DNA of 48,465 nt, counting the filler, from Bipalium vagum (lineage: Eukaryota), in the NCBI GenBank assembly GCA_037834085.1. It is 2 parts of 2 records of this genome, joined end to end, with 100 filler letters (N's around TTAATTAATTAA, not from the genome) between each part and the next. Parts side by side here need not be neighbours in the genome. Positions count along the whole stretch, not along the records: positions 22,038 to 48,465 come from JBBMKC010148197.1; 1 more part is not named here. One strand, written 5' to 3'. The notes under the pieces were generated by a model. That model saw only the letters and a list, made by a program, of their open reading frames with translations, was not told the origin of the DNA and made no database searches. Both the position numbers and the translations under genes were made by a program. Of the stretch, positions 35,601 through 48,465 are shown piece by piece (position 1 is the first letter of the stretch; each line of letters begins with the position of its first letter).

Positions 35601-38600
35601 CCCGATCAAAATTAATAAACCAGAAGAAATAAAGCCCAATCCTCTCTTAGCTAAACAACACGATTTAGTGAACAAAATGAAAGTTATCATTTATCTTGTT
35701 TCATTTGCATAACCGTTTTCTTACATCTTCGTAATGTTTACTTTTTTTTTAATTTTTATTTATAAAAGAAAATCTTTTTTACAATAGAAAGAAACCTTTC
35801 TTACTCAAGAATAAAGACATCAGATCTTTTCATTTAATGCGCAATTGGAACAGAGGAATATCATAAAATTGATAATAAGGTCTTCAATTTGGTACCTTCC
35901 TCAAACTATGACCAATGTTTTATGAAAGACCTTTTATCTCAAGTTTTTGAAATTTTGATTATCTTTTCATCAACTAAATTATTATTAATTATTAGGTGTG
36001 TACATAAGTATTTTACCATGTTTTTAATCATTGTTTAAATAAATCAATAAATAATCAAAAAACCCCGTTAACTTAAATGTCGGTAAAAAATATCAAAAAC
36101 AGCAACCTCAGAGGAAATAGTTTAAAATATTTAAGAAGTCGTGTGGACAGATCGTAGATTAAAATTGATTCAGATTGCTGAAGCTACAGGCATCTCAAAA
36201 GAATGTGTTCACTACATCTTGCATAAAGCATTTGGTATGAGAAAGCTGTGTGTAAGATGGGTACCGCGTCTGATAACGCCACAGCAAAAAATACAACGTG
36301 TGGCAACCTCGGAGCAGTGCTTACAGCTTATACGACATCATCCAGATCTCTTCAATCGATTAATCACTATGGAAGAAACGTGGCTTCATCATTATATGCC
36401 GGAAATGAAATGGACAGAAAACGGTGAACCAGCTCCATGAAGCCGAAAACGGTTCCCTTGGCAGGAAAAATTCTGGCTACCATTTTGTGGGACTGCAGAT
36501 TTATTTTTCATGGACTGCCTTGAAAAAAAAAACGATGACTAACTGGGTCATATTATGCAAACCTACTTGATAAACTGTTCCAGAATATTTGTGAGAAACG
36601 TCCAGGTCTGTCGAGGAAAACAAGTTTTTTCTACCAGGATAATGTACCATCTAAAGTTTCAATGGAAAAAATTAAAAAGTTCCACTTCTACCAATGTCTA
36701 TTATTATTATGTCTACTGAATAGGGCTGATTTAGAAGTAAGAGCTTCAAAGTATCTTTAATCAGTTTCAATACATGCAGACGAGAATTGTCATGTTGCAA
36801 AAAATACTTTTCATTTCTCTTGGTTTAATATGGTCTCTTATCTTTAAATGCTCGGTTTAAATGCAATATCAATCCCTATTGGCGGCTATATGATAGATAA
36901 TGTAAAATAGTGCTTCAACATTTCTTATTCTAGGTCTCAACCAATGTAACAATTCACATTGAGTTCGTCAAAGCGCACAATATTTTGAAAGAATTTATTT
37001 TTAAAATAAGGTGCGCATAAACATGTTCTGATGCGACAATTTTACAAAATGGATTTGTTTATCAATGTAAAGTTTAATTTTCGTAATCATCACAAAATGT
37101 GATTTGATTCCAGTTACGGTCAGAGATTCTCGTCAGTTTGAAGACGTTGCAATCTCGTAAAAACACTTTGATTGGAAATGAGAACAATAAGTCCATTCAT
37201 TTTTCTTATAATGTTTTAATGGTGGAACGTACGAATTTGAATTTATAATCTTTCAATTTCTTTATTAGATAAAACTAATAAAAAATCATATTCACTACTT
37301 ATTTTCTTTTGTTTTTTCTTATTTCTTGATTGTGAGGAAAAAAAATTATTATTTTCAAGAAACCTCTCTATAATTAAAATTTTCTTGATAATTAAAATTA
37401 CTTCACCGAAAAGATTGATTGTTAATTAATGATTAATTAATGAAAATCAGTCCATGTTTTTCAATTCGAAAAAATTTTAACAATCTCAAACTTGTTAAAA
37501 TTTATTTTGATATATTAAATGATTAAGTTTATTATTATTATTAATGATAAGATTTTTTATTTCATTATAGGGATTCATGATATTTTGAATATAGCCTAAT
37601 CTGTCTTTTTATATCATGCTTAAAATCTGCAGAGTTATTTTCAGTTATCTGTAGAAAATTATTCAATATTTCTTCGTTTAAGATCTTGTATAAATTCTCG
37701 GTTTTCTCAAAGGATCTTGGAGTTCACTTTGAAAAGTTTAAAAATCTGTAATAATCTAACTCGATTATTGTTTCTTGAAAACACTGAAATCCTTTGTAAA
37801 ACCTTCATATCTTGTCTTGATTAGATGACCAACGCGATCATCTTATGAATAAATTTTATTTTATAACTCAGTCGTTTAATTTAAACCATCAATTTTATAA
37901 ATTAGTTTAATTAAGAATAGTATAAACATCGTAACACACCGAGAACTAAAAAACTTCATTTTTTATTTTAATTATTTAATAACTATTATTATTATTATAT
38001 TGATCTGTCAATTATTTCATTAAAATTTCAAAGTAAGGATAATTATAATTTTTATTAAAATAATTATTATTATTTCATCATCATAAATTAATTGTTCTGA
38101 CCAATAATTGCCTTTATTTTAATTAAACTTAATATTGTTGTGAGAATATGAATGATTGAAGTTTAACAAAATTAAACCATAAATGTAAGAAATGTGCAAC
38201 AATAATGTTTACTTATTTAATATTTGATATAATGGGTCATGACAAAAATTGTGAAAACTTTTAATGGACTACAACTTCATTACATTAAATAAACTTTTTA
38301 GAGTGAAATAAATGGAACGTCTCAAAATTTATTTATTTTACAAACAATTATTTTCATTCTTATATCTTTATATCTTCCCACAAAATCAAACCGGCTTCGA
38401 ATGTCTTGAGTAAGGCCTTGTACAATATTGAAATCTAGCATTTTGTAACAATACTCTATCTACCAGTCATTTAAAACACTCCAAAAATCTTCAATTGGGA
38501 GACATTCGGTGGAGTTTGGAGTGTTATCATGCTTCTCTATAAAATTTATGTTTTTCTCTCAAATAACCGGACATTAACAGGAGTTTTAGATAAGTCATTT

Positions 38601-41600
38601 CTATAATACATGCAATTTCCTTGGATATTACTATTGTACAGGTTAAAATAAGACTCGCCATTAAGAATGACCAACATGTTTTTGGATATCCACCAAAACC
38701 TACCACATAATTGGTATCTCACTTTTATCTTCATTTTATATCTTTTTTGATTGAAATCTTTCTTTTTAAATTTTTGTAATGTATGGTGGCTCACAATTGG
38801 ACTTTCGGGTAGCATTTCGTTATGAAACATTGTCTTTTAGATCAAATATGAAGAGTACTAATACTTTTTTGGTCATTGCTTGAGCAATTCTACCACTTTA
38901 CTGAACTGTTTCATATCCAGTTTCATTTTCAACATGTTGAATTATTCTATATATGGTGCTTTTTTGTTGTACTGTATTTGTTTACCGTCACCTTGATGCT
39001 CTAAGAATAGTTGTACACGCGATGCCTGGATCTCATTTTTTAAAAATATATAAAATAATTAAAATATTTTAACCGATGTTGTACAGATTTAAATTCGCCA
39101 CAGAACACACACATATATATGTTGGTGAGTGGGTGTAATCCATAATTAAAGATCTTCTCTTTTTGTCACCTATTAAGAAATGTATTAAATTTTCCAATTT
39201 TGGTTTTATCTCAAAATAAAGTTTCCAAAAAAAAATTTTTACTTTTCTCTTAAAAGATTCTTTATATGTATATTGTACTTTTTAAAGCCTTGTGATATTT
39301 ACAGATTATATTTTTCTCCAGGTTGATCGAATCAATTATGACAGAGAAAGCGGATGGAAAAATATCATGAACTCTGATGAATCGAAATCCGGTGACAAAG
39401 AGGTTGACCTTTTAAAAAATTATTTTATCCAAAAATTACATTTTCTTTTTATTTGTTTAAAACATTAATAATATTCATTAAAATTTATTGACATTGTATA
39501 TGAATACAATGTATTCATTCGCCTGTTATTTATATTGAACCGATATTTGAAAAAATCAGGAAATAAAGAACCAAAGACTATTTAAGAAGAATTAAGGAAT
39601 AACTTCAAAGATGAAGAGTTTTTTGCTTAATGAAGGAAATTAAATGATATAATTAATGTTATGTTAGTAATAAAAACTATGATCATTACATTACATTTTT
39701 TGCTTTCTTTTAATAATTACAAAAATTATTTTAAAAATGTGTATAAAAAATAAATATAAATGAAAATTTATTAAAATAAGTTTTACTATTTCTCATCATG
39801 CATTTTTCAAATTTATTATATTGAAAGTGAACAGAATTTAGTGAAAAACAAGTATCTTAGTTTAATTTAAAAATCAAACAAAATCAATAATACTTTAAAA
39901 TTGTCTTTGAAAATTGGATTATTAATTAAATTTATGAAAGGAAACTGAGAAAATGAGAAAACAAATGAATGAAAATTATTAAAAGTTTAGAGTGGTCATT
40001 CAATGTAATAAAATCTTGTGTTGTTAAAGAAAGATTTAGGGTGGAAATTAATTTTCATTGGCAAAAAATAAATTTAATAAAAAAATATAGATACATAATT
40101 AACAATAATAATTATCACAAAACCCTTAAAATTATGTACCCCATTCATGACACAATTTATTGATATTTTTGGTCTCAAGTTTTTGTTATGGCACCTTGTC
40201 TGTAATTCCATTGGATTTACAAAAATAAAATAATGAAAAATTAATTAGTCATGTCAATTCTATTTGTGGTGTTTAAGACATTCTTTCCCGTAGTCATAGT
40301 ATTTATATTTTTAGACATTTCTAGGATAGTTTTAAATCTTTCAAAAAAACCTTGGGAGCTGTTTTCGAAACCTTATTATAAAAATAAAAATTATAAATAT
40401 TATTTATTGTTATATTATTATGATAAAAAAATATTATTGAATAAATGAAGAGATATATTATTTCATTCATGTTTCTGGAAAAATAATTGAAGTAACTGAT
40501 GGGCTGAATTTTTGTAAGGAAAGAGAGTTTGGAGGAGATTAGTAAAAAACCAAAACATAAAAATGAACTTTTCAAAATTTGAAAAAGAACTAAATTAAGT
40601 GATGACTTCCTGAATTGTATAATAATTGACAAGCCCCAATCAGTTATATTCCGATAGGGGCGTTCTGCATCGTTAAGGTTTAGATTTCCGCTTCTAAAAC
40701 GGCCAAACCATTTTTTTGATGTTTTATAGCGTGTTGCAACTTCACCTAGATATCATATTTGTGGCCTCATAAGCTGTTTTCTGCTTTTGAAAAGCAAACA
40801 ATAAACAATGCCTTATGTATTTTTGAGATGCCATTTGATTAATCGCTGTTTATATGGAATATTAAAACAACAAAGTTGTTATAAGATTAAATTATTACCT
40901 TTAATTTAATATTTACCTATTTATCAAAAAAAGCGATTTATTAGGGACTTTAGAGCCATTTACTAAATAGGCACTTTTTCAATTTGTAGACCTAATATAT
41001 GAAAAGGAAATTGCGTACATTCGGAGAACCATTGACGATCAGTGCAGACATAGATTAGTATGAAAAAGATGTAAATTAGAAATATCATTTGTTTTGAGTT
41101 GCTTAATCCTGGTAAAACAGTTTTTTCAGATATTGATTTTACAAAATTGAAAGAATAAAAAAATTAATAAAGAAGGATAGATTTATCAAATAAGAAACCA
41201 ATCATTCTCTATCAAAGCAAAAAACTGACATACAAAAACAAGGGGAAAAAATAGGAAGCTGGAGAAGTTTTTGTCATACATTTCCAACTTTGTACCTTTC
41301 GACTATTGTCTGTTTCATTCAATGCAATTTTTTATATTTGAGAAAGACCTGGTTCTTATGAAACTGTTCTCGAGTTTTTCGAGTAGGAAAATTTTTGCAA
41401 AACTAATATTATTAAGTTATTTTTTAAGCTATTGCAATTAATATATTTTGTATTTATAATTTCTATAAAAAACGATATTACTTTTGAGATGGGTTTTCAC
41501 GTTCAATAACAGAAGAAAGAAATTTTAAATTCTTATCCATTAAAAAATTGAGTATTACACTACTGATAATAACATTTTTTTAAAATATTGATTTTAGAAT

Positions 41601-42229
41601 CACTGGTTAATTAAATTTTACTTTATTCATGTACTTTACTAATTTGAATAATTTTTTCATAAAAAAAATACCTTTCATATTTTTTTGTAAAACTTTTTAA
41701 TCAAAACAATTATATTTTCTAGCCTAAAGTAGATATTAAGCCTAATGCCTATGGAGATGATCCTTCTGCGATAGTGAAACAGAAAATCAATTCTCCTGCT
41801 TATGATCTCTATTATGCTGAACTTGATAGAATTAAAGAAAATCAAAAGTTAAGAGAAAAGGAAGGTAAACTTTTGATGCAACAACTCAACAGAAATTTTG
41901 GTTAGTGCGATTTAAGATTTTTTATTTTATTTATTTTATAATTGGTAATTTGTACAATTTTTGTCAGATGGAAGATTTCCAACTTCAATATTTTTTCTCA
42001 TTTTTCAGATGGAAAATATGATGTTAAAGCGAATAACAATTTTGATGGTGTCTATCGAAAACACGAAGTTCCTGACTTAAATAATTTACACGGAAAGCTA
42101 AAACCAAACCTTGGAGATAATGCACTAATTGTTCAAGAATATCTTGATCGTAAAAGACAAGCTCAGAATATGAAATATAGAGATGGTTCTGGGATGGCAC
42201 TGGTTTTGGGAGGACAGAAGCTTCGTATG

Positions 42230-42306
<77 letters not shown>

Positions 42307-45300
42307 CAAAAGCTAAATGAATTTATAAAGTAATAAAAACTAATAAAATACATTATAATTTAGCCAATCACTTTCCATCTCCGAAGCAAACTCCTCGAAA
42401 TGTTGAAGAAGATGTATGGTTTATTTATTGTTTTTATTGAATTATTAAATCTAAGTTTATTATATATAAAAGTAAATGATCTTTATTTTTCCTAAATATC
42501 AATAATATAGATCGTCTTGAAAATGGATTTTAAAATGTTACTGGTCTTCGTAAAAATAAATCTTCGTAAATTATTCAAAAAATTATTAAAATTTTTGATC
42601 AATTTTCCACTCAACAAAAATTTTTATGTGATTTAATAAATAAATTTAATTTATAAAATAATAGATTTTTAATTTATTATTTTATATTTTAAAGATTTAT
42701 TAATTCAATAATACATTTAATTAATAAATATTACCGATCAAAAATATTTCATAAATTCTTTAAAAATTTTAATTTTTTGATCAATTTTTCAATGGTTTCT
42801 ATGTGATTTAATAAATGATTTAAATTGTTTTAAATTTAATATAATATATATATAATAACTTTATTTTTACTTTAAAATTTAGTATGGTACTAAAAAATAA
42901 AATAATGAAGATTTTTTTATATTTCGACTTTCGTTTACAAAATTAAAAATATTTATTGTACTAAATGTCAAACAATCAATTTTCTTTAGATGAATTTTTT
43001 AATCAATTAAGATATCATTAAAATGAACCCTGATAAAATAATTTGACCTTGAATTTATAATTTATACATTAACCGTTTAACATTACAGGTTTTTGATATG
43101 TCATAACACTGCGTAATTATTAATTTTCCAAAAATATTACTATTTTTTCTCAGCTGTCAGAAAAGTTAAATCAAATAAGGAAAAAAAATGGTGAGTTAAA
43201 CAACAAATACCAAAAGTATGACGATTTCATTAAGAAAAATAATATGGACGGCAACGTGGTTTGTAATTTTTTAGTATAAATGACAATAATAATAATAATA
43301 ATCGGTGTTAATTAAGATTTTCAATCAGGAGGAGGCTCGAAAAGCCATGGAAGAATTACAGGTTAATGTTTGTTTATTTTTTATATAGAGTACTAAAATA
43401 TTGTAACGTGTTTTAACAGGTTCAATGTTAAAATTGTACCAATAATCGGACATATTAAGAGCTCATTTAATGTTGCAAAAGACAAGTTTTATACACAAAT
43501 AATATTATTGCTATTTAAAAGAGAAAAATTATTCAACCTGTTCCGAACAGAGAGAAATAAAATGCAAATTAGCGTTGAATGTAAAAATATGGTTTGACGT
43601 AAAATCAATTTTACTGCCTGTTTGAATTGACTTTTTCAGTTAAATTAAACAATCGACTAATGTAAAAAATTAAGTCAATTTTAATTTATTCTTATTTTGT
43701 ACAATTTGAGTATCAGACAGTTTCTGAATATCGCCTTTCTTGTAATTGTTTTGTGAAAAATTATCTTTTTAATTTACTTAGACATATTAAAGCTAATGTC
43801 AATTGAAATTGTATTCAATTAATTCCGTTTTTATAATTCTCTTCATTATTCAGAAAAGGCTCAAGGAAAGAACGGAAAATCTGAAGCAAAAATTGGAAAG
43901 AAAAGAAAAAGAAAGGATGAAAGAAGATAAGATTCAAAAGGATGAAGATAGTAGGATGAATGTCATTTTATTTCCCAAACGGTAAGGTTCTTACAATAAT
44001 AATAATTTTATACACTTCATTAAAATGAATTTTCACTTTCGGGATAAATTTATATATTGATAATTTTATAATTGAGTCAAAGATTATTCGATCTATAAAA
44101 AATGTCACCCTTTCCATAAATATTGTCTAGTTCGTAACTACTGTGATTTGTTTTCAAACTTTAGACATTTTGAAAATGGAAATGATTGTAAACGATTTCA
44201 TTGAGTGATATTTGAGAGCAGTTCAATAATGCTGTGAGACATTAAACGAAACAAAACTTATTTTTCAACATAATATCCATATCATCGCCACACATCTTTT
44301 CCGATGTTTCTCCTATTTTTCTTTGTTTCTTCATAGTAGTGAGATTGAAACATACCCTCAAAATAGGCATTTACTAAATTGATAACTTTACAATTTGAGC
44401 TGCAGCTCATTTTTAGATTTTGAAACAGAAAAATGAGATGCACCTAAATCTGGATAATTTGATGAATGCAATCACGTCTTAAGTTATTGAGTTTTGCAAT
44501 TCCAATATAGGATTTGTAAGGTTGCATGTTATCATAATGGAATGCGTTTTTTAATTTGAATCTCTCCTATCAAACAGACCAATATTTCTGCGCTGTATTC
44601 ATCATTTATTGTTTTTCCTTTCTTGAGATATTAGACTAAAACTTTTGTGATCCCAATTTCAACAACAGTGATGAAATGACGAATAACTTTATTTAAATCG
44701 TTTAACAGTCCCAAACATTGCTTACTATGCCCCCAAACTCACACTGCAGACAGCCTTTTCATTTTCAAATCTTTTTTTTAATTTTGAAAAATTTGGTACA
44801 ATTGATAAACTTGCATTCCAGGCAATTTCGTGCATTTTGGTGTCCCTAAAACTTTAAACCCATGTTCTTGCTTGATCACAAAGGAAGCTTGTAAACCATT
44901 TTTGATTAATTTCAGTTGATTGAGATAATTCTTCATAATATTAAAAAATAATGTTTCAATATCATTTAAATTAAATTTATATATTTGTTTGAAATTACAG
45001 AGATTTTCTTTTGAATGTCTATTCCTTAACAAAGTTCCATTGTAATTGTGCCTAAATAACGGGTGTATCAAAAAAATTGATAAAAATGTGCGCTCATTTT
45101 AAAAAAATTTTGAATATGTTTTAATAACTTGGTTGTGAAAATAATATCCCAGTCGAAAGAAAGAAGAAAAGTGGTAGACCTCCTGCTTGGATCCATTAAA
45201 ACAGAGAATTCTGGAACAAACTGTCAAAAACAGATTTAGTGTCTACGTTCACATTAGTCAAGGAATTTAGAGTGTTACATATGACAATTAGTCGAATTCT

Positions 45301-47431
45301 GAAGAAAGAAGATCTAAAATATCGAAAGCTTCAAAAAATTCTCAAATACACTGAAAATATATCAAGATTTTGTTGAGCAATACGACTGAATCACTTCACC
45401 AGTGGAAAGGTGATCATCATGGATGATGAGAAATATAACACATTTTCAAACAGCCTAGCTATCAAAAATTGAAATTCTACACCGATAATATAAGTAGAAG
45501 TCCACATCATGTCCGTTTTGATCCTAAAACGAAATTTCCACAAAAAGTTTTAATTTGAGATGCCATTTCAGAGAAAGGTATTTCAATTTTTTTTGGAATA
45601 GTAAAAGGTGAAGCATTAAATGCTGATACTTATAGGAGTAAGTGTCCCTCAAAATTAACTTCCTTCATAGGGAAATATCATTATAATAACGACATTGTCT
45701 TTAGCATCCTATTCTTACGTAAAAACAGTAACCGGTTGGTTGAAATCAAAAAATGTGCATTTCGTACCAAAAATTGACAATCCTCCAAATTTTCCACGGG
45801 CCCTGCCAATATAAAAAAATTTTACTCTTGTTGAATAAAGAAGTACACAAAAATTGATGGGAAGCCAAAAACGCAAGGCCTTTGCAGTTTAGAATTACAA
45901 GGTTTAATGTGAGCATCTTCCACAGCATGATGGCTAATATAAAATCAATTTTACGAAATTTTTTTTGTCCCATTTCTGTTTTATAATAAATGATATATTA
46001 ACCAAATCTAATAATTTCTGTATTTCTTAATAAAACTAATTTTTATATAAATTTATATGACATGAGGTTATTTAGGGCTTCATTATTTTTCTCAAAAATG
46101 TTATTAAAACCGTTTTTCTTTCCTAAAACTACTGAACCATTCTTGCACAAAATCAATTTTCAGTGAAAAGAATGTTTTTGTCATTTATTTTTTTAAAATT
46201 ATAAAGAAAATTTAATCTTTTATTATATTTTAATATTTTACTTTTAATTATTTCTGTGGTTTATTTTGCATTTCCATATATTTACTTTGAGATCGTTTTG
46301 CTATTAATTTTTTGCTTTTATTTCTTCATTTAAAATTAAATTAGATGAATATTTTAGAAATAATTTTCATTTTTAAAGTTCCAAAAAATTACCCGTAGCA
46401 TTTATAGAATTAATAAAGTGATTTATTTTTTGGAAAAGTTAACTGCTGAAAATGAAAGAGAAACCCTGAGACCGTGGTTCGAAAATAAATTAATTTATCT
46501 AAATAATGTAAACAAAGGGTAGAAGAAAAATATTTTAAAATCCATTATTTAATATCAACTAAAATTAGTACGATTTATGAAAGCTAGAAATATTTGACTG
46601 CTATATTAAAATATTTGACTCATATTAAAATATTCACTATTCAAATATAATAAATAAATATCTTTTTTCATGTCGCTATTAAGGCGTTGATATATGTACA
46701 TAACCTTCGATTATCAATAGAAGAGTGAAAATTATTCATCTTCCATAAAAAAGACTTATTTTATAACATTAGGAATATTCCTGTTGTCCCTGTCGTACCT
46801 GATCCAGACAACAGTCATCCTTCACCAATTGATCAAAGTAGTAATTTGGCTCTATTCGAAAAACTTATTCAAGAATCTTCTCCTCGCGATAATGTTCCCA
46901 AGCAGTGTGAAAAGCAGTAAAACAATGATAATTAAATTCGAAATTCTTAATAATATAATCTCAGTGAATCCGCCGATTTTCAATCAACATTATCTGTCAT
47001 TTCTAATCAGCAAGACGAAAAATCATCTCGACCTTCAACGGCATGTAACAGTGAACAGTTATATTTTGAATTTTAAAACCCACAGCTATTAAAGTATTTT
47101 ATTTTGATCAGATCAGAGATCAGAAAGATGAAGGACGATATCTTAAAACGGTTGAATACTAAATCAAAAGTCATATCTAACGAACTTCAGGTGAACGATA
47201 AAGGGACTCCAGCAAGAAAGTCGTGGGTATTTGATAAAGACGAGGAGCATATTATTTGTGAAAATGCGAGTTTGGATAAAACATGTGATACTTTTGTGGA
47301 TATCAGTTCTTTGGCCCATGATGATAATGATAAAATGAGAGCCAAATGGAAAATTGAAGACGATTTACTATCAGACACTATGGTACTGAAAAATATTAAA
47401 GTAGGGCCTGAATCAACTACTTCGGAATTTG
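29663..47431 (+). CDS. NEK1: NEK1-like (NIMA-related) Ser/Thr kinase, at least 20 exons, probably 3' partial
   Basis: Exons: 29663-29788, 29866-29901, 29948-30008, 30136-30317, 30366-30575, 33383-33426, 33475-33555, 33609-33684, 35368-35468, 35526-35682, 39322-39402, 41723-41900, 42009-42224, 42364-42413, 43154-43258, 43329-43361, 43854-43981, 46773-46916, 46965-47057, 47112-47431, all phase-compatible. Kinase motifs intact: [64 protein letters not shown]1-type tail motifs: [44 protein letters not shown]. Later exon boundaries are less certain. Confidence 0.92.
31220..32100 (-). mobile_element. Degenerate mariner in NEK1 intron 5
   Basis: [70 protein letters not shown]. Confidence 0.8.
35991..36690 (+). 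mobile_element. mariner transposon (best-preserved copy, still a pseudogene) in NEK1 intron 10
   Basis: ORF 36141-36440: [24 protein letters not shown]...RWVPRLI...[14 protein letters not shown]. Downstream [16 protein letters not shown] and FYQDNVP. TIR-like ATTAGGTGTGTACATAAGT at 35991. Confidence 0.88.
38380..39100 (-). mobile_element. Degenerate Tc1-like (DDE) transposon in NEK1 intron 10
   Basis: [14 protein letters not shown]...[15 protein letters not shown] (first Asp region), [19 protein letters not shown]. Confidence 0.78.
40300..40997 (-). mobile_element. Internally deleted mariner in NEK1 intron 11
   Basis: ATG at 40834: [24 protein letters not shown]...[22 protein letters not shown]-like TATTAGGTCTACAAATTG on the minus strand at 40980-40997. 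Confidence 0.78.
41080..41400 (+). mobile_element. mariner catalytic-domain relic
   Basis: [36 protein letters not shown] (SPDLAPSDYHLF-like). Confidence 0.6.
42230..42306 (+). repeat. (ATT)n microsatellite, about 25 units, in NEK1 intron 13
   Basis: Perfect ATT run starting 5 nt after the GTATG donor at 42225. Confidence 0.97.
44230..44770 (-). mobile_element. Degenerate mariner in NEK1 intron 17
   Basis: [48 protein letters not shown]. Confidence 0.72.
45059..45970 (+). mobile_element. Degenerate Tc1-like (DDE) transposon in NEK1 intron 17
   Basis: [55 protein letters not shown]. Left end ACGGGTGTATC. Confidence 0.8.
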
Positions 47432-48325
47432 GTTAGTGATAAATATAAGAAATTTCCTGTTTTTGTATAAATGTATTTATTCTATTTAATGTTATGCAAT
47501 ATAAAATCATCATTGAAAAATTTTATTTTAAACTTATTAATCTTATCAACTAAACTAAACTCTTAATTAACAGTTCAATATCGCGCAAAGGCCCATGACC
47601 CTCTTTTCTCCATTAACGTCTTTAAGTGTTGATCGCATATTGATTGGAATGTCATCCATTATAGCCAGTTTCGGTTTATCATCTGTTGCATTGTTATTTT
47701 ATCTACTATTGCAAATTGGTACATTTATTAAAAAAATAATCTTTGGGTGTGAAATGAATTAATAAAATCGAACCAATGACCTTTCATAATCGAAGTGTCT
47801 CCAATATGCTAACTTTTCCTTTTGTTTCACAAAGTTCCTTTGAAAAGTCAAGAATTAAATATATAAATCTTTTGTTTCAAAAAAATTATCAAAAATTAAA
47901 TTAGAAATTTTAATTTATTAATTAATTATCGTTTTAATAATAATTATTTTAATCTCTGTTAATATATAATTATAATAATATATATTATAATTATAATATA
48001 TAATATTATGCAATTATTTTTGTGAAATTAATCGACTGTCTTTTGGTTTTTAATATAAAATAAACAATTGAACTCAAAAAATAATTTACTTTGAAGAAAT
48101 ACTTATATTAATTGCGTGATTTGTGTAATTGGTCTGTTTTTATATCAATTAATTATTGATAAATATTTTTATACATGATAAGTTTAGATTTATTTAATTT
48201 TAAATTTGAAAATATTTAAATAATATTTTACTAATCAACGATTGGAATTATAAAAATAACACCTTTCTTAACTCAATTGAAAATGTCAAATTTTAACCAC
48301 TGTGAGATAAATTGAAAGTTAGTCG

Positions 48326-48370
48326 GGGGATGTAGCTCAGCGGTCAGAGCAGTGCATGCGCATGTGAAGG
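48326..48370 (+). pseudogene. tRNA-Ala-derived 5' fragment (pseudogene or SINE head)
   Basis: GGGGATGTAGCTCAGCGGTCAGAGC matches the tRNA-Ala 5' stem and D-arm (A box), followed by a decayed anticodon arm (CGC). No T-arm/B box or 3' acceptor strand. Confidence 0.7.
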
Positions 48371-48465
48371 TGATAAACTTTATCTTTTATTTTTCTTTTG
48401 TAAAAATGCCATACTAGGCTCACAGAAATGTGCAATTGATTTATTTTCAATTATTTGTAAAGACT

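Noticed and set aside
35788-35880. Extra NEK1 exon after the TAG at 35787
   Set aside because: The in-phase frame stops after 8 codons, and exon 10 joins exon 11 in frame with NEK1-like continuity.
41942-42316. ORF ending in poly-isoleucine
   Set aside because: It is NEK1 exon 13 read through its donor into the intronic (ATT)n repeat.
47567-47700. Minus-strand open stretch as an exon of another gene
   Set aside because: In-frame stop immediately upstream, and weak resemblance to a decayed transposase.

Overview
Very AT-rich animal (invertebrate-type) genomic DNA, in two segments joined by an artificial 100-nt spacer (N44-TTAATTAATTAA-N44, 21938-22037). The left segment holds a decayed Gypsy LTR retrotransposon broken by two LTR-like insertions, a complete 5-exon parvin gene (+, 373 aa) and six internal exons of an Unc13/Munc13 gene (+). 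I found no 5' Unc13 exons in the window, which implies parvin lies inside an Unc13 intron on the same strand. The right segment holds an uninterrupted 501-aa RING + probable beta-propeller ORF (-) with a variant zinc ligand and a C-terminal CaaX box, and at least 20 exons of a NEK1-like kinase (+, probably continuing past the window end). A 5' half of a tRNA-Ala sits near the end. Introns are bimodal: a 46-57 nt class, and kb-scale introns filled with mariner/Tc1 relics. Donor sites are unusually degenerate and include a GC donor with no compensating consensus. All gene models were assembled by hand from reading-frame phase and recalled homolog motifs; no searches were run.
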